This document shows, one piece after another, positions 1-9,807 of a stretch of 64,000 nt of DNA. The stretch comes from Nanobdellota archaeon. GTDB lineage: Archaea; Nanobdellota; Nanobdellia; Parvarchaeales; Parvarchaeaceae. The notes beneath the pieces were generated by a model that ran no database searches, was not told where the DNA came from, and saw only the letters and a list, made by a program, of their open reading frames with translations. The stretch covers positions 11,770 to 75,769 of the forward strand of contig JAJZXE010000002.1 of NCBI GenBank assembly GCA_021802505.1, read 5' to 3'. How positions within the stretch are numbered: the first letter of the stretch is position 1; the number at the start of each line of letters is the position of its first letter. The position numbers and the translations under genes are program-made.

Positions 1-261
1 TTTTTTGGTTTCTTTTACGGCACTGGGGGAATAATCAAAGCCGTATACCTCAAAACCATCCCTTGCCAGTAAAACGGTGTGCCTTCCGACTCCGCACCCC
101 AAATCAAGCACCTTTATAACGTTGTGTTTCCTGAAAAAATCAACAGTTTTTGCGTATTTCCTGGATGGTCTGTTGAGTGTATCCGAATAATAACCTGAAA
201 TAAAATAAGCCCTGTCAAAAACTTTATTTTTTACGCCAGGTCTTTTACTCTCGTCTTTCAT
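1..261 (-). CDS. Class I SAM-dependent methyltransferase (partial, runs off window start)
   Basis: Manual translation from ATG at 261: MKDESKRPG...IKVLDLGCGVGRHTVLLARDGFEVYGFDYSPSAV. Contains motif I (VLDLGCGxG). Not in the ORF track. Confidence 0.85.
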   Translation of the reverse strand, partial: MKDESKRPGVKNKVFDRAYFISGYYSDTLNRPSRKYAKTVDFFRKHNVIKVLDLGCGVGRHTVLLARDGFEVYGFDYSPSAVKETKK

Positions 262-317
262 GATATTATTATACAAACATAATTTAAAATTTAAAAGCTA
301 CTAAATAATAATTGTTT

Positions 318-1049
318 ATGGAAGAAATAGACAGTATCATTAAGCATTATGAAGGGAATTGGTATCACCCGTCGGAACAGCAGAAGAAGACCGTGGCTAT
401 GCTGAAAAAGCACGGTAAACCATTAATTAAAGAATTGGGAAGGACCCCGCTGCCGACAGAGTACGGCGGAGTGACATATCTGGTATTCGGGGATTATACC
501 ACCGGAAAAGAGCATGATGCAGTGGTCTTCGGAGATATCCGCCGTAAGAAAAAGACAGTGCCTCTGGTAAGGATACACTCCTCATGCAGGACCAGTGAAT
601 TATTTCATGCGGTGAACTGCGAATGCCGGCAGGAACTGGAACTGGCGATGAAAACCATGGAAAAAGAGAAGGCCGGAATAATCATTTACTTGAATCAGGA
701 AGGGGCAGGGAACGGCACGGCTGCAAAAGCCGCGGCTTACAATAATGTATTTACCTGGAAAAAAGGCAGGATAGTGAGTAAAAAGGACATCTATCAGGGC
801 TACCTAAATCTGGGTTATCCCCTGGAGAACAGGAACTTTGAGGTAGCCGCAGAAATATTGAAGTATCTGGGCTTTACATCCGTAAGGCTAATGACTAACA
901 ATCCAAAGAAGATAAGCGGGTTGGAATCACAGGGTATAACCGTCATACAGAGGGAGATACATGTCAAGCCCCTCAACAGAATTATGAAGAGGCATTTGAA
1001 AGCCAAACAGAAACTTATGAAGCACACTATAACTAAAAAAGATCTATAG
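318..1049 (+). CDS. ribA: GTP cyclohydrolase II (RibA)-like protein
   Basis: PLVRIHSSCRTSELFHAVNCECRQEL (three Zn-binding Cys), QEG, LMTNNPKKI motifs. ATG at 318 preferred over TTG at 312. Confidence 0.8.
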   Translation: MEEIDSIIKHYEGNWYHPSEQQKKTVAMLKKHGKPLIKELGRTPLPTEYGGVTYLVFGDYTTGKEHDAVVFGDIRRKKKTVPLVRIHSSCRTSELFHAVNCECRQELELAMKTMEKEKAGIIIYLNQEGAGNGTAAKAAAYNNVFTWKKGRIVSKKDIYQGYLNLGYPLENRNFEVAAEILKYLGFTSVRLMTNNPKKISGLESQGITVIQREIHVKPLNRIMKRHLKAKQKLMKHTITKKDL

Positions 1050-1285
1050 TCCCTGTTAAAAAACTTTTGTCAATATACTGGAATTTATCCAAGGATCGCA
1101 TTATTTTCCAGTTTTATAAACAACAATGCATTACATGAGTACTTTTTCAATAAAATTCACGGTTTATTGCCTGCAGATTGTTTTCAATGTCTTTATATAC
1201 TTAATATGCCTATATATATTATAAGTGTATGGTTAGTTTGTGTTCTTTAACGTTCCAAAATAATTCAGGCATTTAAGTTTTGATT

Positions 1286-1558
1286 ATGAAAGTTACGCAT
1301 GTTAAAGGAAAGTTTTCTGTTATAACTCCTAACGGGGAATCGGAGCTGCTTTACATAGACAAAAACAACGGCTTTATCAGGATCTACCGTACATTCACAC
1401 CTGAACGGGACAGGGAGAGTGGTGTTGCAGAACAGCTCACACTAGCTGCGTTTAGTTTCGCCAGAAAAAATAAATTAAAGATAAAGCCGGACTGTCCGTT
1501 TATAGTTACATTCCTGGAGAAGAATAAAAAGTTTGAAAAACAGGCAATAAAAAACTAG
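1286..1558 (+). CDS. Small GNAT-family N-acetyltransferase (YjdJ-like)
   Basis: IYRTFTPERDRESGVAEQL...IKPDCPFI pattern, ~90 aa. Confidence 0.75.
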   Translation: MKVTHVKGKFSVITPNGESELLYIDKNNGFIRIYRTFTPERDRESGVAEQLTLAAFSFARKNKLKIKPDCPFIVTFLEKNKKFEKQAIKN

Positions 1559-1603
1559 AAACCGTCAAAAGCCCGTAAAATTTATATAAAAAATTCAGAG
1601 CGC

Positions 1604-2005
1604 TTACCTTGAGTTTTTTCTGAGCTCGTTCAGCATTTCTTCGAATTCTTTCCTTGAGATTTCTCCCTTTGCGTATCTCATCCTTAAAATCTCCTCCGCC
1701 TCACTGTGACTATACAAATCCCAGTTTCCAAGGCGGAAAGTACGTATATAAACCTTAGATCTAAAGGCCCAGCTGAAGACCCATATCAAAAACAGTATTC
1801 CTATCACTATTCCAAATATGCGCCAGAATACATTGGCAAGATATGGGTATGTTCCGAAGGGTATCGTTATTATGGCCACGAGACTGGAGAAAATCGCCGC
1901 TATCATGAATACAAAAAGCAGAAAGATAAAAAATATCCGAAGAGGCGCGCCGAAAAGATCAAACTCTCCGGGATTATTGCTTTTTTGGGATCTTTGGCCT
2001 TTCAT
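1604..2005 (-). CDS. Two-TM membrane protein with C-terminal SHOCT domain
   Basis: Two hydrophobic helices, then EILRMRYAKGEISRKEFEEM. Confidence 0.8.
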   Translation of the reverse strand: MKGQRSQKSNNPGEFDLFGAPLRIFFIFLLFVFMIAAIFSSLVAIITIPFGTYPYLANVFWRIFGIVIGILFLIWVFSWAFRSKVYIRTFRLGNWDLYSHSEAEEILRMRYAKGEISRKEFEEMLNELRKNSR

Positions 2006-2073
2006 AATAATACAGTGGTTTATGTTGCCGGTAGATATAAAGATTTAAGTAAAGTATTTGATAATACTTTATT

Positions 2074-2598
2074 ATGCCCGCAGAAATTTACAGTTACATG
2101 CAAAAATACGGTAAAGATCTGAAAGAGGTGACTCTCTGCTATCTGGTGGATAAGAATAACAAAAAAGTTCTGGTAGCCATGAAGAAGAGAGGATTTGGAG
2201 TGGGAAAGTTAAACGGAGTGGGCGGAAAGCTTAAAGAGGGGGAAACCATAGAGCAGGCCATGCTGAGAGAGACTAAGGAGGAGATAACTGTCGATTTGAA
2301 AGAATATGAAAAGGCGGCCGTAATTGAATTTTACTTTAGGAACAATCCCGCAGATAAAAACATGAATCAGCGGGCTCACGTGTTTTTAGCCTATGACTGG
2401 GAGGGGGAACCACAGGAAACAGAGGAAATGAATCCATTATGGGTGGAATCAGATAAGATTCCGCTTGATAAGATGTGGGAGGATGACAGGTACTGGTTAC
2501 CTGGTATATTAAAAGGCAGAAAGATCAAAGCCGCATTTTTGTTTGATGAAAACCAGAAAATAACCGAAAGAGTCGTAGAAGAAGTAGATTTACTTTAG
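2074..2598 (+). CDS. NUDIX hydrolase, MTH1/8-oxo-dGTPase-like
   Basis: KKRGFGVGKLNGVGGKLKEGETIEQAMLRETKEE Nudix box; ETEEMNPLW...MWEDDRYWLP. Confidence 0.9.
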   Translation: MPAEIYSYMQKYGKDLKEVTLCYLVDKNNKKVLVAMKKRGFGVGKLNGVGGKLKEGETIEQAMLRETKEEITVDLKEYEKAAVIEFYFRNNPADKNMNQRAHVFLAYDWEGEPQETEEMNPLWVESDKIPLDKMWEDDRYWLPGILKGRKIKAAFLFDENQKITERVVEEVDLL

Positions 2599-2785
2599 TG
2601 CATAAATCGCTGCATTTTAAAAGGTTTTAATGATTAACTGCAGAATCGTTCGGCGGTTGAACGGCAAATCCCATTATTTTCGGCAAACTAGCCGGAAACA
2701 CCTTTGTCTGTGCTTTTTTCATTCTTGATTTTAATGAATTTTGACGTGGAAAAGCTTTAATACCGGTTTAAATCATAGACCTTCA

Positions 2786-3514
2786 ATGAACAGGCATACT
2801 ATCAGAAGAACACTGGAGAATGTTTTGATTGCTTTATCCGATGACAACAGAAGCCTGATAAATCAGAGGCCTTACGAAGATTTGCCACCTTTGGATATAG
2901 AGGATGTAAACAGGATATATTCCGCAGTAGCATCCGTCTTTGGGGCAGATAATGTGCTTATATTCGGCGGAGCCGCGCTGCAAAGATACTGCCAGCACAA
3001 ACCGAAGGATGTAGACCTGATAGTTAACGGCGACATAGCTGCAAACATCGAAAACTTAAGCAGCAGGGGTTTTACCGGTGTAAATGAAAAAACGCTTAAA
3101 GTATTTTTTAATTCCAAGGTATATGAATCAGGGTACCCTATAAACGGCAATAAGATTAAAGTCGAGTATTACTCTCCCGAGGGATTATTGGGCAAAAATG
3201 ACGATTTTAGAGATGTGATGAAAATATCAAAGGAAAGCGATTACCGCGGTCTAAAGATACACTATGCGGATCCTTATACGTTAAGCATGCTCAAGTACAG
3301 AGCGTGGAAAAACCGGCTTGCAAACGGCAGGGCGGATAAGGATCTGATAGACTTGGAAAAGGCGGGAATATTCTACAATAAAACCAATGATCCGCAATAT
3401 CAAAAATTATTGGGGGCTTATACCCCTGGCATGTTTTCACGGTTAAAATCCATATTCAGCGAGACGGTTCATATTCTGCATCAGAACTACCTACGGCAGA
3501 AGCAGCGGGTTTGA
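2786..3514 (+). CDS. Putative nucleotidyltransferase (pol-beta superfamily)
   Basis: LIFGGAAL...KPKDVDLIV (GG..DxD) and C-terminal K...R.DKDLIDL. ATG at 2786 follows a TATA-like tttaata. Confidence 0.6.
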   Translation: MNRHTIRRTLENVLIALSDDNRSLINQRPYEDLPPLDIEDVNRIYSAVASVFGADNVLIFGGAALQRYCQHKPKDVDLIVNGDIAANIENLSSRGFTGVNEKTLKVFFNSKVYESGYPINGNKIKVEYYSPEGLLGKNDDFRDVMKISKESDYRGLKIHYADPYTLSMLKYRAWKNRLANGRADKDLIDLEKAGIFYNKTNDPQYQKLLGAYTPGMFSRLKSIFSETVHILHQNYLRQKQRV

Positions 3515-3553
3515 TTGCAAATCGTTTATAAATAATTATGTTCTGGTAATTAA

Positions 3554-4078
3554 ATGCCCAGCGGTAAAAACCTTGAGGATATCATAGACAGTAAGCATGT
3601 TCAAAAAAAGGAAAAAGCCGGTTATAGTCTAAAAGACAGGGTAAAGAGATACTACACGGAGAATATCGGAAAATTCAGGCAGTATATTGCGCCATTAGCA
3701 GCGATTTCCATAGGGGTTGCAAACTGGAGCAAGGATTTTGCGGCTTCAAAAACAGTCAATCTTCCTTTAATCTATGAAAACACCCGAGTAAGCGGCACGA
3801 TGTGGTACCTGGAGGCTTTCCTGCAGGAGCTTGCCACTATGAGTATATTAGTCGCAACTGCAAAGGAGAAGAAAAAGATAGGGCTTTATGCTCTGGCTTA
3901 TGAAGCGGGAAGCATCATTAATTATTGTTTTTACAGTATGGCTATGAACGGCATTTATGCGAATTATTACGGCAGGATATGGAACGACATATTTTACTTT
4001 TTCCAGATACCGGTGTTTCTGCTTTCATTAAGGCACTATTACGGTGCAAAAAAGCGGGAAAAAAGGAAGCCGGTATAA
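3554..4078 (+). CDS. Hypothetical membrane protein
   Basis: 174-aa ORF with basic N-terminus and 3-4 hydrophobic segments. Confidence 0.65.
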   Translation: MPSGKNLEDIIDSKHVQKKEKAGYSLKDRVKRYYTENIGKFRQYIAPLAAISIGVANWSKDFAASKTVNLPLIYENTRVSGTMWYLEAFLQELATMSILVATAKEKKKIGLYALAYEAGSIINYCFYSMAMNGIYANYYGRIWNDIFYFFQIPVFLLSLRHYYGAKKREKRKPV

Positions 4079-4097
4079 AATGATGCTCTTTTGCAGG

Positions 4098-4748
4098 TTA
4101 ATTTAGATTGACTATGAATTCTCCGAGAACACCGGAGCCTATCCCGAGTGAATGATTCGGGCATTTAAGCATGATTCTGTTACCTAGGTAGTATTCGCCG
4201 GCATCAACCGTGATTGAATGCTTCTGTCCGCATAGCCTGCACCTTTCTACTGTAACGGTTATGTTCTTAAACTGAAACAGCTGGTTCAATGCATCGGTTA
4301 CATGCTTTATAGCTTCCAGGGCATGGAAGTCTTCAACCAGAGTGTCTTCATGCGTATAATTCCGAAGTGATTTAAGATACTGGAGGATTTCCTTGTCTTT
4401 TACCGGATTTTCACTGCAGTTTATTAGATCAAAGAGCCTCGCATACTCTAATTTGACCCTTTTGTCGGTGTTCTTTCCGTCTCTGTAGCTTATCTCCCTG
4501 ATCCCTTTTTTTGACATGTACTCTTTCAATCCCCGTTCTAAGCATCTCACCGCCAATGACAGTGCGGCATCTGGGCAGCCGTAAAGAAAAGAATGTATGG
4601 CTTCGGAATACAAACTCTTGAATTCTTTTTTAATGCCTATAAAATCATACGGGTATATAACTCTTGTCTGGATGAGCATGTTTAGTCTGCTGTTGTAATT
4701 GTCTATGTTCACCAGATTCGGCACCGAAGGAAAGGATATCTCTTCCAT
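4098..4748 (-). CDS. HEPN/DUF4145-like protein with C-terminal Zn ribbon
   Basis: YSEAIHSFLYGCPDAALSLAVRCLE helix pattern, LRNYTHE (R..H) motif, CRLC...CPNH. Confidence 0.6.
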   Translation of the reverse strand: MEEISFPSVPNLVNIDNYNSRLNMLIQTRVIYPYDFIGIKKEFKSLYSEAIHSFLYGCPDAALSLAVRCLERGLKEYMSKKGIREISYRDGKNTDKRVKLEYARLFDLINCSENPVKDKEILQYLKSLRNYTHEDTLVEDFHALEAIKHVTDALNQLFQFKNITVTVERCRLCGQKHSITVDAGEYYLGNRIMLKCPNHSLGIGSGVLGEFIVNLN

Positions 4749-4793
4749 TTATCATATTGGTCAGTCCTGTATATTAACTGTTCTCCAGCGGTT

Positions 4794-6149
4794 TCAGCCG
4801 CATTTTATAGTCCTTTGGATGTATAACGTTGAAAGGTTAAACTCATTTTCCGTTTGTGAGGGAAAATCCGCGCCGAATTCAAAACATACAGTAGAATTTT
4901 GGATGTACATGCTCATTGCAGCGGAATAAAAAGGGATGCGGGTGAGATTGAAGAGCTTTTCACTGTCATACACAACTTCTATCCCGACATGATTTGACAT
5001 ATTGATCAGTAGAAGCTGGGACGGAAGGTATCTGCCGACGGTTTTATTATAGGTTGCATTCAACAGCATATATTTAGTTATGTTAATCGGAAAACTAGAA
5101 TTTACAGTGGTTATGTTGAATTTTTTAAGGTATGTTCCCAATTGTGAAGGGGACAGATGGAATATGCTGATATTGCTGGAGGAGTTCAGATGTTCTTTTC
5201 CGGTTATTATAAAGTAGAACTGGTTCAGCTGCGGAAAGTAGCTTTCGAGGTATTTTCTTGCGTTTTCAGAGCTGTTCTGCTCCAGATATTTCGTTATGTT
5301 TATAGATTTTAAGTCGGAGGCAAATTCAGGTGAATTGCCGATTGCAGAGACTAGAAATGAGTTCGGTATCAAAAGATTCAGGCTGGTATTGTCAAGTATC
5401 TTACTTATGTTTTGTGTGCTCATGTTCGAGGAATTACTCAGAGAAAGCAATGAACTCGCGGAGGATAAGATCCCGTTCAGGTTGATATTGATAAGGTAAT
5501 TCGGATAGCTGTAGTTTAAGACTGCAGAACGGAATGTGCTGTGGCCGAAAGAACCGGTGAAAACCGAAAAGATGGACTGCGTCCCGACGCTGGAGAGAGA
5601 AACTGATTGGACGGGAAACAAAGTGTACAGGACTGCAAACAGGATAAATATAAAAAAGCCCGCGGCGAGGAAGGAGCCGACACCCGGTAAGACTTCATCC
5701 AACCCGCCGGTCATATCTTTCCAGCCGATTAAAACGGAAACTATAACGCCGATGTAAAGCAAGACAATGATATAAAAAACGTATCCTATTATCGTCAGGT
5801 TTAACGATATCAGTGCAAGGAAAAGTCCTGCAAGGGAAGAAGTGGCAAGCAGTATCGCCAGTATACCTCCTTTTTTCTCATTATGTTTAAGCCATTTGCC
5901 GCTTGTGTGGAATAATCTGCTTACAACGATCAGTGAAATCCCGGATATCATGCCAAACGCCGATAAGAAAGCTACATCCGACGGCAATAAAACGGAAGAT
6001 ACGGCTTTTGGCAGGAATGCATCGATCACATTGACCCCCAGGAAGATAAGCAGCCCTATGAAAAACAGAATCAGCCCGGCTGCAAGGGACAAAAAACCGA
6101 TTATAGATAAAATAAGACGGGCCGAACCCGCATTCGAACCTGTATCCAT
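4794..6149 (-). CDS. Multi-pass membrane protein with large extracellular domain
   Basis: About 5 TM helices, then an Asn/Ser-rich domain with many N-x-S/T sequons. Confidence 0.75.
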   Translation of the reverse strand: MDTGSNAGSARLILSIIGFLSLAAGLILFFIGLLIFLGVNVIDAFLPKAVSSVLLPSDVAFLSAFGMISGISLIVVSRLFHTSGKWLKHNEKKGGILAILLATSSLAGLFLALISLNLTIIGYVFYIIVLLYIGVIVSVLIGWKDMTGGLDEVLPGVGSFLAAGFFIFILFAVLYTLFPVQSVSLSSVGTQSIFSVFTGSFGHSTFRSAVLNYSYPNYLININLNGILSSASSLLSLSNSSNMSTQNISKILDNTSLNLLIPNSFLVSAIGNSPEFASDLKSINITKYLEQNSSENARKYLESYFPQLNQFYFIITGKEHLNSSSNISIFHLSPSQLGTYLKKFNITTVNSSFPINITKYMLLNATYNKTVGRYLPSQLLLINMSNHVGIEVVYDSEKLFNLTRIPFYSAAMSMYIQNSTVCFEFGADFPSQTENEFNLSTLYIQRTIKCG

Positions 6150-6172
6150 AAAATTATATGTTCTGATTAATA

Positions 6173-6682
6173 TTAATAGCCTGAGATGAGCCGTTTTATC
6201 TCTTTTTGAAGGTAATCATCGCTGTCCAATGCATCTAATCCTTTTATCAGCCTGAGAGCATTGATCTTTTGCAATGCCTCTTTCTCTAGATTTGAATGCA
6301 ATTTTTTATGTTTTCTTCTGCGGTAATCTTTGCTGCTTTCGATTAGATCTCCTCTTTCTATGTGCAGCAGTTCATGCATGATTACGCTTTTAACCAGTTC
6401 TTCTCTTAAATCGGTGTCAGTAACTCTGAGAAAAATGCTGCTTATCCGTATATAGAACTCCTTTTTTACGATTTTTCTGCTTATCTTTGTTGCTTTTCTG
6501 CGTCTGAAAAGGCCGCGGGCTCTGCTTGTTTTTGTTATTTGCAGGTCGGCGTTGACCCTTCCGAGTACGTTTCTTGGAAGATCCGAATAATTTATGCGGA
6601 TGTAGGCGCCCCTGAACGGCTTGAATACCTTCAGACAGTCCTTAAGGAACAATAGGCACTCGTCTTCTCCGCTTATTTCCAT
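6173..6682 (-). CDS. Putative zinc metallopeptidase (HEXXH)
   Basis: VIMHELLHIERG...H, preceded by LGRV and YIRIS strands. Confidence 0.6.
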   Translation of the reverse strand: MEISGEDECLLFLKDCLKVFKPFRGAYIRINYSDLPRNVLGRVNADLQITKTSRARGLFRRRKATKISRKIVKKEFYIRISSIFLRVTDTDLREELVKSVIMHELLHIERGDLIESSKDYRRRKHKKLHSNLEKEALQKINALRLIKGLDALDSDDYLQKEIKRLISGY

Positions 6683-6692
6683 CCAAAATCAG

Positions 6693-7067
6693 CTATGAAT
6701 ACTTACTATTTTCCGAATTTCCGGCATTTATCCTGCTCTTAAATTCTAGAAACTCGCTGCGAAACCCACTCATTTTGCAGGTAGGGTAATAAACAATAGC
6801 GGATCCCGCTATTTTTGTTTCCACATAGTCTTTGTCGATCAGGGATTTTAATCCGAAACTTATTGAATTTGGACTGATGTCACGGCCATATAAATTGCTG
6901 CATTCCTTTTTTATCCGGTACCAGTCAATGCCCTCTTTGCCTTCGGTCTTTGCCGTGTACAAAGTATACGCGATGATATAGCTGACAGCAGTCCGGCCGA
7001 GTTCTTTATTCTTAACCACAAACCCACGTATTATTGATTCCAAATCCGAATTTTTATCGAGCGCCAT
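6693..7067 (-). CDS. Putative winged-helix DNA-binding protein
   Basis: WYRIKKE...ISPNSISFGLKSLIDKDYVETK...IVYY, a PadR/BlaI-like wHTH pattern. Confidence 0.55.
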   Translation of the reverse strand: MALDKNSDLESIIRGFVVKNKELGRTAVSYIIAYTLYTAKTEGKEGIDWYRIKKECSNLYGRDISPNSISFGLKSLIDKDYVETKIAGSAIVYYPTCKMSGFRSEFLEFKSRINAGNSENSKYS

Positions 7068-7156
7068 ACAGTTAATGTACTCGCTGCAAACTTAAATATT
7101 AAGTGAATTAAACGATTGAAGAAAGGATATTTAAGTTATAATTATTAATATATCAA

Positions 7157-7945
7157 ATGGAAAGCGATTCGAACATATTTAAGATCTTTGATTTGAACGG
7201 GAAAACCGCGATAGTGACCGGGGCTTCCAGCGGTCTGGGAATCAGTTTTACCGAGGCCCTTGCGGAAGCGGGCGCGGATGTCGTTATCTGTGCAAGGAGA
7301 GAGGACAAACTCATAGAAAATGCCAACAGGATAAGCGGATACACTAAAAGAAAGATAATCCCGGTTAAGGCGGACCTTAGAAATGAGACTGATATTTTAA
7401 ACGTGGTAAACATAGCAGAGGAGAAATTCGGCAAAATAAATATACTGGTGAACAACGCTGGGTCAGCCATTGCCGGTTCATCCCTAGACCTTAAGAAAGA
7501 AGACTGGCAAAAGGTCCTCGATGTCGATATTTCCGCGGTTTTTCTCCTTTCAAAATACGTTATATCCAGCATGATAAAAAACAATGCAAGCGGAAGCATA
7601 ATAAATATAGCATCGATATACGGTTTGTTCGGAGATATCATACCCGCTGCGCCATATTATGCCAGCAAAGGCGCCGTGGTAAATCTGACGCGTGCGATGG
7701 CGGTTGAATTTGCAAATAAAAAAATACGCATAAATGCCATTGCTCCCGGCTTTTTTCCGAGTGAGATGACCGGAAGCCTGCTGTCAGATGAAGCGGTTCT
7801 TGAGCACATCACTCAGAGAACTCCATTCGGAAGAATAGGAAACCCGAATGAACTTAAGGGCGCCGCTGTCTTCCTGGCTTCGGACGCATCCTCCTATATC
7901 ACCGGGCACATACTCCCGGTAGACGGCGGGTGGAGCGCCGTTTGA
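7157..7945 (+). CDS. Short-chain dehydrogenase/reductase (gluconate 5-dehydrogenase/FabG-like)
   Basis: TGASSGLG, NNAG, YYASK motifs. Confidence 0.95.
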   Translation: MESDSNIFKIFDLNGKTAIVTGASSGLGISFTEALAEAGADVVICARREDKLIENANRISGYTKRKIIPVKADLRNETDILNVVNIAEEKFGKINILVNNAGSAIAGSSLDLKKEDWQKVLDVDISAVFLLSKYVISSMIKNNASGSIINIASIYGLFGDIIPAAPYYASKGAVVNLTRAMAVEFANKKIRINAIAPGFFPSEMTGSLLSDEAVLEHITQRTPFGRIGNPNELKGAAVFLASDASSYITGHILPVDGGWSAV

Positions 7946-8024
7946 TAATTTTTATCTGTAATAAAACAGAAAATAAAAATTCCCGGCGGTATACTCTTCC
8001 GTAAATAAGATTTTTATGGGCTGA

Positions 8025-9131
8025 TTAAGTGAAATCATTTGCCGTTAAATTATTTAAGAACTTATTCAGCGAAGCGTTAACTTCGGTTAAATAACCGGTT
8101 TTGCTCGCCAAAATCGATACCTCATAGAGGGTGCTGTTTGTTACGCCTAAAACCGTTATTACCTTCGATTGATTAACGGTATTAAGTTTAGGTGAAAATT
8201 TTATTTCAGAGCCAAAGGATGATTCGTTTGCTATGGTGTAATTTGTCTCTGCGTTTACTATTACTCCGTAGGATGTGGAATTGCATCTTTCCTCAGGAAA
8301 ACTCAGCACGAATTCACCGTTGGGTTTTACCGCATTTGAAGACGCTTTGAATATAGAACCGTTGCCGGTCATATTAACGGCGGAAGCATGTGCGGCGGTT
8401 ACATCCAGGGTTTCGTTCATCGTGTTGTTAAGTATGAGATGAAAACCTGAGCTATTGCAGTTATAACCGGAGAGATTGAACGTTCCTCTCGCCAGGGAAA
8501 ACGATGCATTTCGAGGAGGTGTAGTGTTCAGTATTGACTCTATTGCCTGCATTCCTCCAAATGAGATATTGTATATTTTGGCGGGAGAACCTGAAAATCC
8601 GTGGTAGTAGTATCCGAGCGTTTCATTGTTTTTAAGCGTCGCAAATAAGATGAGCAGCCCCGGCGTATCCGCCGGATATGTGCCGTTTTCAAACGCTTTT
8701 TCGGATTGACCCGCTCCAAAGACGGAATAATGTTCAAAATTAGCCGAATGTATATCTTTGCTGGCGGAAGCGAAAGCGGAAAAATTTATCTCGTTCAATG
8801 CTGGGAAGTATTCCGACATCAGTGAAACCAGAGCGGAGTTTGCATAACCCGCGGTGGAATTAACGGTGCTATTGCTAGTCGTTTTGACCACTGCCTTATT
8901 AAGTCCTAGGGTGTTTCTTACCAGGCCCCTCACTCCTAAAATATTGTAATGGTACAGTATGTAAGCAATTATAAGAAGCAATATTATTACTGCGGCGGCA
9001 ATCAGCAAGCGTTTATTTATTTTCAGATTCTCCGGATTATCAACGGGCTTATTCTTTAGATTATCTTCCGCGGACAGATTATTTTCTTTAGCAGCATCAG
9101 GTTTACCGCTCTTTTCGGCATCAGAATCCAT
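8025..9131 (-). CDS. Membrane-anchored surface glycoprotein (hypothetical)
   Basis: Single N-terminal TM (LLIAAAVIILLLIIAYILY) and many sequons. Confidence 0.75.
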   Translation of the reverse strand: MDSDAEKSGKPDAAKENNLSAEDNLKNKPVDNPENLKINKRLLIAAAVIILLLIIAYILYHYNILGVRGLVRNTLGLNKAVVKTTSNSTVNSTAGYANSALVSLMSEYFPALNEINFSAFASASKDIHSANFEHYSVFGAGQSEKAFENGTYPADTPGLLILFATLKNNETLGYYYHGFSGSPAKIYNISFGGMQAIESILNTTPPRNASFSLARGTFNLSGYNCNSSGFHLILNNTMNETLDVTAAHASAVNMTGNGSIFKASSNAVKPNGEFVLSFPEERCNSTSYGVIVNAETNYTIANESSFGSEIKFSPKLNTVNQSKVITVLGVTNSTLYEVSILASKTGYLTEVNASLNKFLNNLTANDFT

Positions 9132-9266
9132 TTTTATATTAAATTTCGTTGATATTTAAACTTTAAAAGACTGTATAAACCGGTTTAGATGTGCACAGCA
9201 AAGTACAATAGTTTGCCGGGTTATGCATAGTATTATTAATTCTATAGCCTTAGATATAATAATGAT

Positions 9267-9767
9267 ATGATGGACGAAATAAGGAGGATCAGCGGTCTTG
9301 ATGATCAGTCAATCCTCGGCTTTTTAGACATAAAAAAGGGCTACAGCGTGATCGATATAGGCGGGGGGGACGGGTTCTTCGGTAAAAAGTTTATGCAATT
9401 TACCGACGATGTGACTGTTCTGGATTTTAATGATAGGTATTTTGAGGATCTGAAAAACAGCGGTATAAAAACAATCAAGGAGGATATCTGCCATTACAAC
9501 AAGGGAAAGTATGATCTGGTTTTCATGTCGAATGTGTACCATGATCTTGTATATGAATGCAGGGAAGATGTGCTTAAAAATATACAAAAAATAGCGAAGA
9601 GGTACATAGCCGTCCTGGATTTCAAGCCGGAGGAAACCCCTTTCGGACCGCCATTGAAAATACGGCTTGGTAAATCTCAGGTAATAGAGGACATGGGCAG
9701 TATAGGTTTTAAGCAGTCAAAAGAATTGGAATTAAAATATCATTATCTGCTGCTCTTTGAAAAATAG
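9267..9767 (+). CDS. Class I SAM-dependent methyltransferase
   Basis: VIDIGGGDG, YDLVFMSNVYH, GPP motifs. Confidence 0.85.
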   Translation: MMDEIRRISGLDDQSILGFLDIKKGYSVIDIGGGDGFFGKKFMQFTDDVTVLDFNDRYFEDLKNSGIKTIKEDICHYNKGKYDLVFMSNVYHDLVYECREDVLKNIQKIAKRYIAVLDFKPEETPFGPPLKIRLGKSQVIEDMGSIGFKQSKELELKYHYLLLFEK

Positions 9768-9807
9768 GCTTTAAAATTATTTATATCCGTTCTAGTCATT
9801 GATTCCT

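Noticed and set aside
1706-2122. Antisense/shadow ORFs (for example 1706-2122, 7153-7641, 30840-31355, 41045-41662)
   Set aside because: They overlap well-supported genes on the other strand and show no recognisable motifs
2786-4748. MNT-HEPN toxin-antitoxin pair (nucleotidyltransferase 2786 plus HEPN 4098)
   Set aside because: The genes are on opposite strands with another gene between them, and the transferase is much longer than a minimal MNT
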